Shown piece by piece: positions 8,614-17,230 of a stretch of DNA of 64,000 nt; within the stretch, counting starts at the first letter, position 1; every line of letters starts with the position of its first letter. The position numbers and the translations under genes are program-made. Below the pieces are notes generated by a model. The model was not told the origin of the DNA. It made no database searches and was given only the letters and a program-made list of their open reading frames with translations. Source of the DNA: Perkinsela sp. CCAP 1560/9 (lineage: Eukaryota; Protista; Euglenozoa: Kinetoplastea); NCBI GenBank assembly GCA_965644495.1, contig CBFFSA010000002.1, positions 62,001 to 126,000 on the forward strand, in the 5' to 3' direction.

Positions 8614-11600
8614 CTAGGCTTCAATTTCCTCGAATTTTTCCAGAGTTTCCCTGATCGATGCAAAGTATTCAATATCCTGAAACAGCTGAGGGGGGCTACC
8701 CGCACGTACACGATACTTCGGTACCGCATCCATCCCCGACAGGGACTGTGAGATCCACCGAATTTGTACATATTCGTTCGGATGTGAGATTTGTGTACGT
8801 CCGTTTGAGAGTCGCATCATGTACCACCGCGGGTCTTCATTTACAAAGTCAAAGAAGAACTTTCGTACGTACACCACACGCTCGGGACAGGACACCCCTT
8901 CCTGATACGTACCGATACTTTGCGCGTAATCCGCAAGCACCCGAACAAGCGTCGAGATTGTCGCGTTTCGTGTTGCTTCCGACTCCCGCAGCGTTTGTAT
9001 CGTATCAGTATACACAGTGTGTACATAGGGATGGGGATGCTGCGCTCGGGAACCTTCATTTTGGTTTACCGTGGGAATATAATACACCATCCGCTGCCCC
9101 AGATCATGTACAATCGCGCTGGTCTGTTCCTGAATCGGATCCATAATCAACGCGCCGTAACAATTCACCTGACACTGATACAAAAAGTACACCAAATTTT
9201 CCTCCTGCACCACTTGATAATGCTGAATCCACCCCTCTAATCGTGAAATCTCCTGCGGGATAATCAAACCTGCGTTGGACGACACCGCAGAAGCCGCACG
9301 TGTCAACGCACTCGAAGAGCTTGACTGGGATCGTCGTGTCATCCCATGGCTCTCCCCCTTTTCGACTTCCTCCCCCTCTCTCCTTCCCCTTCCCGGCCCC
9401 CCCTTCCGTAGTTTCGACGACGGGGTGCCATGCTCCCCCGCCGGGGGCTTGGACCCTACGGGGGAGGCCGGCGTGAAGGCTGCAGCTAACGGAGAGGAGG
9501 GCTGACCTTTTCTTGAGCGACTCGAGACAGCAGCAGCAGATACAGCAGCAGCAGCACGCGAAGAGGACTCCGCTGAGGGGGAACCCGTAAGAGATAAGGA
9601 AGCCACAGTACTGCTGACCCTCTCGGGGAACTCGGGGGCTATAACCTCATGGGGGGCTGTGATACGAGAGGGGGAGAGGGGGAGGTGGTGAGACGAGATA
9701 GCGTCGGGATGTTGTGTGTGAAGGGATGGGGTTACTGCTGCTGCTGTGTTGGTTGTTGTTGCTGTTGTGGTTCTAAGGCTGTTGTTGGGATGTACGTTTA
9801 AGGGTTCGGGTAGGGATCCAGTAAAGAAGGGGCTAACACTGCCGGGGGGGATGGAGACACGGTGGGGGGTGGGGAGGGAGGTGGTGGGGTAGTTGTCGTG
9901 GATTTCTGCAGCAAAGGTGGGACGGGTGGTGGGGAGGTTGGTGGGGTGGGTAGGGGTCTCGTTACGGGATCGGGTTTGCATGGGGTGGGAGGAGGGGAGG
10001 AGGGGGGAGTTGGGGGTAGTAGAGGTGGTGGGGAGTGGGGGTTTGTTCGTTCGTGAGCGAGAGGCAGTGGTGGCGCCAGAGGTGGAGGCGCGGGGAACGC
10101 GTTTGGCGGGGTGGGGAGGGCTGGAGCTGGTGACGTCGGTGGGAGGGGTAGGGATATTGGCATCGAGTTGGGCCGCGATACGAGAACGTGGAAGAGGACT
10201 ACGACCGACACGGCGTGGGGAGGCACGGTCTTTTTGGGAAGGAGGGGTGTGTGTTTTGGGAAGTAATTTCGCGGCAAGTTGCTGTGCGGCGCGTGCTTTG
10301 GGTGGGGAGGGCGTTGGGGTTGATGAAGGGATTGGAGGCAGTGGTTTCGTAGAGCCCTTCGCGGCGCCTCGTGTAGGGGATGCCTGAAGCGGTGGCTTGA
10401 CGGTTATATTCGCGGCGCCCGACACGGTGGTAACTTTAGGATGGAGTGTGCTGGCACGTACCCCGCAGGTCTTACACAAGTCATAGCCACATTTGCAGTG
10501 GTAAAATACGTTGTCAGTTTTGGTCAGTGTCGCGACCTCCTTGTGGCAAGCGTCGCACCAGAAACCCCACCCATAATCATCCGTCCCAGTTTCGTTTAAT
10601 TTCGGAAACTTGTCCAGGACTTGCATGACGTGTTTTCGCGGGCACCGAACTACATGGCGCCGTGAGTCAAACTGCGGAGAGGAACCTTCCCATTTCGCCG
10701 GGGGTCCATCCAGCCAAAAAGATGGCGTGCGCCGTCCCCGTGCTGGAGAAGGAGAGGGGCGAGTTCTTTTACGACTCGAGGAGGAAGGGGAGCCTTTGCC
10801 CTCCGCTCCTTTACGGGACTCAGGTGCATCGGTTGTTGTAGTACGCTTGGACTCCGGGTGCCAGGAGAGAGTGCTTTGTCGGAAACTGTAGCGTGCGGAG
10901 CCTTCCGCGAGGCCCCAGTCACTTTCCAACGAAGGCGACCGACGTGTACTAAAAGATCTCCGTGCGGAGGGCGCGGCAAAGGCCAAATTACTTCGTACAC
11001 TGCGAGTACTTGCCTCACGCGAAGGTGCAACCTTTAGAGAGGCTTTCTGAAGTAGGTCCAAGCGCTGTCGCCTCCATTGCTCCACCTTTAGGTCATATTC
11101 GTGTACTAACAGACTTCGAATCTTTAGCTCGCGTTGCTGCACATCGATACATGTGTCATAACTTCTTCGCATGTTTTGATAAAGTGTTCGCTCTACGTCT
11201 TCATCGGTGCGTAATTTGTGAAATTCGCGCTCAAAGTTACGAACGCCAATCGCTTTTAGAAAAGCAACACTGGGGTGTTTCGGCCTCTTTAGCCACACTG
11301 CATGTCTTTGTACTGCTCGAAGGTCCGGACGACGAGTGCCGTCCACTTGGAGCATACTTTCCACAAGTTTCATAAAGTCTATATCGGCATGGAACCCGCG
11401 TGGCCACTCCCACCGACCCTCACTGACGGCTTTACACAACACGTCCGGATCCTTCCCCCTCCCTTTGGTTTCATTCCAGTAAGGGGAAGCCCTTGTGGCT
11501 AGGAAAAACAACACCACCCCAAGACTGTACACATCGATTTCTGTATTGTACCGAAACCCAGGAGCCATGGTCCTTGTTTTCTGGTGGTGCAGCACTTGCT

Positions 11601-12234
11601 TCATGAGTTCTGGCGCCATGTAAGAATAGGTCCCTGCGACAGTTTTTCGTGGTGTCTCTAACGTCGAAACACTTGAGGAGAGACCAAAATCTGTAATCTT
11701 GATATTCCCTTCGCTATCAAAAACAAAGTTTCCCGGTTTTAAATCACGATGAATGCAGTGTCGAGAATGGATATAAGCAATTGCGTCTACAATTTGATGT
11801 CCCAGCCGCAACACATCTTCCATACTTAGTGTGTACTCCCGGATTACATCCTGAAGTGATTTCTTCAAACATCGTTCCATTACGATATACACGTAGTCCA
11901 TGTGCACGGCCGCATGAATGAAACGCACAATGTGGGGATGTTTCATCATTTTCATAATCCGTACCTCGTCTCGCAAGCGGTCCAGATCCTTCCCGCGCAC
12001 TTTCTTGTGACTACATTTGACGGCGACTTCGGTCTTTTCCCCGGCGTACTCGAGAGTCCCGCCAAGAACAACTCCGAATGCTCCCTCGCCCAGCATCATA
12101 TCGGTGCGGACTACCATCGTGTCGGGACCGTCCGGGATGCGAATTTCTAAGTGAGTGATGTCCTCCGTCTCTACTGTGCATGGGACGATGGCATTCTCAA
12201 TGCTAACACTGCGGGAGGCGCGACTGGTTGCCAT
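8614..12234 (-). CDS. KKT2: Kinetoplastid kinetochore kinase KKT2/KKT3-like
   Basis: N-terminal S/T kinase (GEGAFG, VAVK, HRDLKPGN, DFG, APE). Central C1-like zinc domain CPRKH...CDAC...HCKCGYDLCKTC (10465-10644). C-terminal divergent polo-box-like region (VVYVRKFF...MMRLSNGRTQI). Start taken at MATSR (12234); the ORF is open to 12318. Confidence 0.8.
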   Translation of the reverse strand: MATSRASRSVSIENAIVPCTVETEDITHLEIRIPDGPDTMVVRTDMMLGEGAFGVVLGGTLEYAGEKTEVAVKCSHKKVRGKDLDRLRDEVRIMKMMKHPHIVRFIHAAVHMDYVYIVMERCLKKSLQDVIREYTLSMEDVLRLGHQIVDAIAYIHSRHCIHRDLKPGNFVFDSEGNIKITDFGLSSSVSTLETPRKTVAGTYSYMAPELMKQVLHHQKTRTMAPGFRYNTEIDVYSLGVVLFFLATRASPYWNETKGRGKDPDVLCKAVSEGRWEWPRGFHADIDFMKLVESMLQVDGTRRPDLRAVQRHAVWLKRPKHPSVAFLKAIGVRNFEREFHKLRTDEDVERTLYQNMRRSYDTCIDVQQRELKIRSLLVHEYDLKVEQWRRQRLDLLQKASLKVAPSREASTRSVRSNLAFAAPSARRSFSTRRSPSLESDWGLAEGSARYSFRQSTLSWHPESKRTTTTDAPESRKGAEGKGSPSSSSRKRTRPSPSPARGRRTPSFWLDGPPAKWEGSSPQFDSRRHVVRCPRKHVMQVLDKFPKLNETGTDDYGWGFWCDACHKEVATLTKTDNVFYHCKCGYDLCKTCGVRASTLHPKVTTVSGAANITVKPPLQASPTRGAAKGSTKPLPPIPSSTPTPSPPKARAAQQLAAKLLPKTHTPPSQKDRASPRRVGRSPLPRSRIAAQLDANIPTPPTDVTSSSPPHPAKRVPRASTSGATTASRSRTNKPPLPTTSTTPNSPLLPSSHPMQTRSRNETPTHPTNLPTTRPTFAAEIHDNYPTTSLPTPHRVSIPPGSVSPFFTGSLPEPLNVHPNNSLRTTTATTTNTAAAVTPSLHTQHPDAISSHHLPLSPSRITAPHEVIAPEFPERVSSTVASLSLTGSPSAESSSRAAAAVSAAAVSSRSRKGQPSSPLAAAFTPASPVGSKPPAGEHGTPSSKLRKGGPGRGRREGEEVEKGESHGMTRRSQSSSSSALTRAASAVSSNAGLIIPQEISRLEGWIQHYQVVQEENLVYFLYQCQVNCYGALIMDPIQEQTSAIVHDLGQRMVYYIPTVNQNEGSRAQHPHPYVHTVYTDTIQTLRESEATRNATISTLVRVLADYAQSIGTYQEGVSCPERVVYVRKFFFDFVNEDPRWYMMRLSNGRTQISHPNEYVQIRWISQSLSGMDAVPKYRVRAGSPPQLFQDIEYFASIRETLEKFEEIEA
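8700..10400. other. Skew-switch island 2 (switch about 9440)
   Basis: C-runs at 9340-9440, centre CCCCCGCCGGGGG (9435-9447), dense G-runs 9640-10330. Confidence 0.8.
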
Positions 12235-12432
12235 TGAGAAATTAAAAGAACAGGAAAAAATCGATTCCAAATTGGAATGGTGACCAAACGTGAGAGGATG
12301 ATAAGAAGGTAGGTGCATGATGAGACGCTTTTGTTGTTGATAAGGTATGAAGAAAGGTGTTTCAGTACGTAAAAAATATATATTTCAGAGTACTCTCGAA
12401 GTATTCCTCTGAACTGTAATATTTTCACTCCG

Positions 12433-15177
12433 TTAAAGGACACTCTGCATCCTTTTCAGTTCCACAACCAGACGCCAGTCATCATCCGCCATATCGCCAC
12501 GAAAGGATTCCTTCAGAGCATCAATACTTTTGCGAGACAGCGCACTATGAAAAATGCAATCTGTGGGTACGTGCCTTCCTACGACTGCGCCCAAATCCTT
12601 TGTTTGTATTTTAATTGCAACTTTCGACCCCGCACGGCTGATTGGTATTTCTTTGTGTTCACTTTGAACGCTAACTACCGTTCCAATTGTTTGAAAAGAA
12701 GGCGATAAGCTGTTTGTAGAACTGTCAGCGTTATTTTTAGGCAATATTCCAATAGGAGTTCCGGAACGAAGTTGGCCTCGTAGTACCTCTACCCCCAAAA
12801 CAATGGGGTCGGCAGCTCGAAACGTCTGTAAATACCGAAAACTTACTGGAAAAACAACAAGATTTTGGTTGCGATCTTTTGCCTGCTCTTCTTTTTGCTT
12901 TACATATGCGATGTAACGATCGAATAGAGTGTATATCACGTTCGATGAAAAAATCGGAATTTTGTGAAAATCGGCAATCTCTTGTGCTTCTTTCGATATG
13001 GGAACGTCGAAGGCAAGAAGAAGCGCGTTTTTGGGATCACGTTCCAATGATACTTGGCAGTGAATCATGTGTCGCTTATGTATAGGACCTAAAGCAATGC
13101 AAGCCACGGGAACTTTCTTTTCCTCAAAAAAAGAAAGCAGAGCCTCTAAAGATCCAAGTGTAGAAGCTTGCAAGGTAATACCTCTTCCCGAGGCTTCAAG
13201 ACGGGAGTTCAAAGAGGTCACATCTTTCATGACATCGGATTTTAGATCTTCCAGAGAGGGCGAGGGATCTTTGTCGTTGTACACAAACAGCGGAGTCCCT
13301 GCAACAGCATCTTCAATATCATGAGCAGCAATTTTCACACCTTTGGCGGCATGTACGCTTTGATGGGTCACAAAATCCCCACGCAGACGAAGCTCCGTAC
13401 AAGGCGCCGGACTTAATAGATTTCGAATCGTTGTAACAATAGGCCCGTTTAGCCCGCAGACGACAATAGTATCTCCAATGTGCAACGCACCATTCACAAG
13501 GATAACATCTAGAGTAGTTCCAAAGCCCTCAGTTTTTTTCACCTCCAGCAAAGTACAGTCCACGCTGCCCTTTTCGTGAAGAGTTACTTTGCTTTCCATA
13601 AAGTTTTCCACGATTTGGGTCAACAAACATAAAAGATCAGGAATACCTTCCCCCGTGGTAGCGGAGACCGGAACCAAGGAAACCGTTTTTCGTAAGTCAG
13701 TATTTTCATAAAATAGCTCGGAGTTGAAACCTTCTTCCATAAGCTGAGTTTTAACCGTTTGAACCCTGGATAAGAACTCGGAGTGTACGTATTTTTTTTG
13801 CTTGCTAAGACAAACAGAAAATGGCGCATCCAAGGTTGGCACCCAGTCATACATCCGATCCACTTTGTTAATTACCACAATGAAAGGACACTTCCGACGT
13901 CGGAGTAGGTCTAAGCTTTCCTTTGTCTGAGCTTCTAAACCTTTCGTGAGATCTACGAGAAGGATGGCAATATCGCAGAGAGAGGACCCGCGTGAGCGTA
14001 AGTGTGTAAAGCATGAGTGACCAGGAGTATCAATCATTAAGAAACCCGGAAGCTTACTCTCCGACGGCATAAGAGCCTTTTTGGAATCTGCGCCTCGAAA
14101 TTTGTTGGCCTCAATTAATGACGCGGTACGTCGTACTACATGTTCTATTGGAAAGAACGTAGCACCAATTTGCTGCGTTATTCCTCCGGCTTCGCCAGAT
14201 TGTACTTTTGAACGTCGGAGGCAATCAAGTAAGGATGTTTTCCCGGCATCGACGTGACCAAGGATACAGATTATAGGCGAGCGTAGCGAAGTAGGATGAA
14301 TGATGACATCATTTTTTAAAGGCACATTGGAAGAAGGTAGTTGAGTTCTCGATACTTTTGCAGAAATGTTTTCTAATGACTTCTCGTGCTTTTGTATGAG
14401 AGATTTCCATTCTTTAGCTTGCTCTTCATTGACAGCGATTCGAATCACCCCCACCTCAGGATGAAGCGTAGCTAAAACGCGACGTGCTGCTAACCGTTCA
14501 GAGTGTTCTAAGTAATCTTCCCAAGAGGCACAGACATCTGATTCGACAGATGCGTCATGAAACAAATCGCGATCTCCTCGATCAACGATAGTTTCAAAAT
14601 CTTTATAAAGAGAATCCAAATTCTGTGGCCCAACTTCATTTTCCAACCCTACGTTCTCCGAGCCGCGGCTCTCCAAGTTCGACGCTCTACTTTTGATTTT
14701 TTCATCTTCATTTTCGCACCGTGGCGGAGCACTAGGTTTTGATACATTTGTTTTTCGACGAGAACTATAGAGCTGGCGCATGTTGGAGCGTTGCATTTTT
14801 CCTCCACTATCATTTCCATTTTCCTCATCCGCAACTTTAGGAATAAAATGCCCAGCGTGTCTTAGTTCTTCTAATTTCTTCTGTTTTTCCAACAGTTTCC
14901 TATCAGCGGAGGTAATAGTTTTCGCAGCAGCTTTCTTCCGTTTTCGTTCTTCTTCTTTCTTCTGTTCCTCCAACGCTATACGTTTTTCTTCCTCTTCCAC
15001 TCTTTTTTGATCGGCCTCTTCCTCCGCCATTCGTTTGGCTTCTGCTTGCTTCTGCTTTTCAATCTGAGCCTTCATAGCCAGAAGCGAAGGAGGCACATTT
15101 TTAGTCTTTCCAGCGCTCTTCGAACTCTCCTTCCCTTTAGTTGATTTGGAAGCTCCAGTGCTTGGTTTCGGCGGCAT
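12433..15177 (-). CDS. eIF5B: Translation initiation factor eIF5B
   Basis: LRSPIICILGHVDAGKT, GEAGGITQQIGA, IDTPGH, NKVD, QASTLGSLEALL and a charged N-terminus. Likely start MPPKP (15177). Confidence 0.95.
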   Translation of the reverse strand: MPPKPSTGASKSTKGKESSKSAGKTKNVPPSLLAMKAQIEKQKQAEAKRMAEEEADQKRVEEEEKRIALEEQKKEEERKRKKAAAKTITSADRKLLEKQKKLEELRHAGHFIPKVADEENGNDSGGKMQRSNMRQLYSSRRKTNVSKPSAPPRCENEDEKIKSRASNLESRGSENVGLENEVGPQNLDSLYKDFETIVDRGDRDLFHDASVESDVCASWEDYLEHSERLAARRVLATLHPEVGVIRIAVNEEQAKEWKSLIQKHEKSLENISAKVSRTQLPSSNVPLKNDVIIHPTSLRSPIICILGHVDAGKTSLLDCLRRSKVQSGEAGGITQQIGATFFPIEHVVRRTASLIEANKFRGADSKKALMPSESKLPGFLMIDTPGHSCFTHLRSRGSSLCDIAILLVDLTKGLEAQTKESLDLLRRRKCPFIVVINKVDRMYDWVPTLDAPFSVCLSKQKKYVHSEFLSRVQTVKTQLMEEGFNSELFYENTDLRKTVSLVPVSATTGEGIPDLLCLLTQIVENFMESKVTLHEKGSVDCTLLEVKKTEGFGTTLDVILVNGALHIGDTIVVCGLNGPIVTTIRNLLSPAPCTELRLRGDFVTHQSVHAAKGVKIAAHDIEDAVAGTPLFVYNDKDPSPSLEDLKSDVMKDVTSLNSRLEASGRGITLQASTLGSLEALLSFFEEKKVPVACIALGPIHKRHMIHCQVSLERDPKNALLLAFDVPISKEAQEIADFHKIPIFSSNVIYTLFDRYIAYVKQKEEQAKDRNQNLVVFPVSFRYLQTFRAADPIVLGVEVLRGQLRSGTPIGILPKNNADSSTNSLSPSFQTIGTVVSVQSEHKEIPISRAGSKVAIKIQTKDLGAVVGRHVPTDCIFHSALSRKSIDALKESFRGDMADDDWRLVVELKRMQSVL

Positions 15178-15364
15178 TAGTTTGAATAAAATTGTGAAGA
15201 AGAAAGATAGAAAATGGATACAGAAAATGATAGCAAAAGCGAACACAAGTATGCCGTAAAACAACATAATGTATGCACATATTCATGTATGTATGATTCC
15301 ACATCATCAATTCCAAACGTACGTCCGTACGTTTTGAATGTTGTGTACGTGTAAAAACATTCAC

Positions 15365-16300
15365 ATGATTTCCTCTTCATCCTTCTACTTCATCTCACGC
15401 ATCCACTTCATCACCTCCCCCACCCTTATCCCTCCCCCCACCCCCTCCCCCCACCGGATACTCCCTCCTCACAATCCCCTCCGCCTCCCACAACGCCTGC
15501 GTCACCGTATCCATCACCCTCAACACCCGCTCCTCCCCTCCCCCCTCCCTCTTCCCCATCCGCCTCCCCAGCCCCCTCTCCAGCCTCTCAAACATCCCCA
15601 CATCCCTCTCCGTGACCATCACCAGCGACAGCCCCCCCCTCCCCGCCCTCGCGGTGCGCCCCGCGCGGTGCACATACCGCACCGCGGACACCGGGAAGTC
15701 GTAGTGGACCACCACGTCGACCCCCGGGATGTCCAGCCCCCGGGCGAACACGTCCGTGCACACCAGCACCCGCGACGCCCCCAGCGCGAACAGCGCGAGC
15801 GCGTCCGTGCGCTGCTGCTGGGTCTGCAGCCCGTGCATCCCGCACACGGAGAGCCCGAGGAGCTGGAGCGTGAGGCGGACGACCGCGGCCCGGCGACGGG
15901 AGTTGGCAAAGACCATGGCGCGGGGCCAGGGGCAGGCCGGGGGGGAGAGCAGGAGCGCGAGGTGGATGAGCTTGACGTGGCTGGGGACGAGGAGGAACTG
16001 CTCGGAGAGGGTGGGGGGGAGGGAGGGGGCGGGGGGGCTGGGGGAGTTAGAAGGGGTAGGGAGGTTGGGGAAGTTAGAAGGGGTAGGGAGGTTGGGGGGT
16101 TGCGATTTCGGGAGATCGGGGGAAGGGGAGGTGGTTGGGGCCTCTAGAAGACCTAATTGTGTGGCGGCCTCGGTGTGATTAAGAGTAGCGGAGAAGAGGA
16201 GGTAGCGGAGTTCGTGGGTTGGACGTTCGGTTTGTAGAAAGGAGATGAGTTGGTGTACCTCTCCTGCGTTTTCGGTGAGGGTGAGTAACTTATCGGCCTC
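15365..16300. other. Skew-switch island 3 (switch about 15850-15900)
   Basis: Extreme C-runs at 15410-15660, continuing past the stop codon. G-runs at 15920-16140. Confidence 0.85.
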
Positions 16301-16912
16301 GTCAAATACCACGAAACGTAAATATCGGGTCGCGACGTTGGCGTAGGGGGACTCGGTCAGTAAATAGTGCATACGCCCTGGGGTACCAATTAAAAAATGC
16401 GCCCGGGTCTCCACTGCGTTAAATTGCAGTTTCTGTTTAATGCCTCCAATCACCAGCCCTACGCGTACCCCCATGGGAGTCCCGAATAAGTGAAACTGGT
16501 CCGCAATCTGGATCGCAAGCTCGCGTGTCGGGGATAGCACCAAACCATAGATGCCATACATGTCACAGGAGAGCGCCTGGAGAAGAGGTAATACATAAGC
16601 CGCTGTTTTTCCTGTTCCTGTCGGGGCACACGCCATCACACACCTATCCCCACGTAGGATCTGTGGAATGGCCCTCTGCTGCACCGGAGTGGGCTTGAGT
16701 AGGCCTACGTGAGTGCAGACACGACAGATCCAGGCATGCAAACCAAGTTGTTGAAAGCTGCAGGGGGGAGTGCTGCTTTCCACCGTATTCTCTGAGGGTT
16801 CGCATGAGGTTAAAGGTTCTGTTGATAAGGGGGATGACGTCTTGAAGGCACGCTTAGGTTTTTTCGACAGTGCAATTTGTTTTTCGGAAACCTTTTTATT
16901 CCTTCGTTTCAT
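15395..16912 (-). CDS. DBP8: DEAD-box RNA helicase DBP8/DDX49-like
   Basis: Q motif, APTGTGKT, YGIYGLVLSPTRELAIQIADQF, DEAD, SAT, ARGLDIP, HRAGRTARAGR. Confidence 0.85.
   Translation of the reverse strand: MKRRNKKVSEKQIALSKKPKRAFKTSSPLSTEPLTSCEPSENTVESSTPPCSFQQLGLHAWICRVCTHVGLLKPTPVQQRAIPQILRGDRCVMACAPTGTGKTAAYVLPLLQALSCDMYGIYGLVLSPTRELAIQIADQFHLFGTPMGVRVGLVIGGIKQKLQFNAVETRAHFLIGTPGRMHYLLTESPYANVATRYLRFVVFDEADKLLTLTENAGEVHQLISFLQTERPTHELRYLLFSATLNHTEAATQLGLLEAPTTSPSPDLPKSQPPNLPTPSNFPNLPTPSNSPSPPAPSLPPTLSEQFLLVPSHVKLIHLALLLSPPACPWPRAMVFANSRRRAAVVRLTLQLLGLSVCGMHGLQTQQQRTDALALFALGASRVLVCTDVFARGLDIPGVDVVVHYDFPVSAVRYVHRAGRTARAGRGGLSLVMVTERDVGMFERLERGLGRRMGKREGGGEERVLRVMDTVTQALWEAEGIVRREYPVGGGGGGRDKGGGGDEVDA
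16040..16098. repeat. 27-bp tandem duplication encoding PNLPTPSN x2 inside DBP8
   Basis: Two copies of agttagaaggggtagggaggttggg. Confidence 0.8.
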
Positions 16913-17230
16913 GTTGCTTTCCGTGATACGCTTCCTAAAGATGGTAACAAGTGAAATATTCAGTGTTTAATAAGTTTACAAAAGGAAAATATGGCGCAAA
17001 AGACAGCAGTAAAAACGTTCCGCTTAAAAGAAATGATTGCGATTCGCCCTTTGAAAAGAGAAAAGTTGTACACCAAAAGTGCATACAAACGTTTACTTCT
17101 AGTATTCCAGCTGGGGACCAAATTCTATAAAAATATAAAATAAACAAATCATTTTACATACACCTCATTTTAGATGTGGCATAAAAATAGAAACGCTTAC
17201 GTCGCAGTCATGTACAGTGGAATTCGAAAG

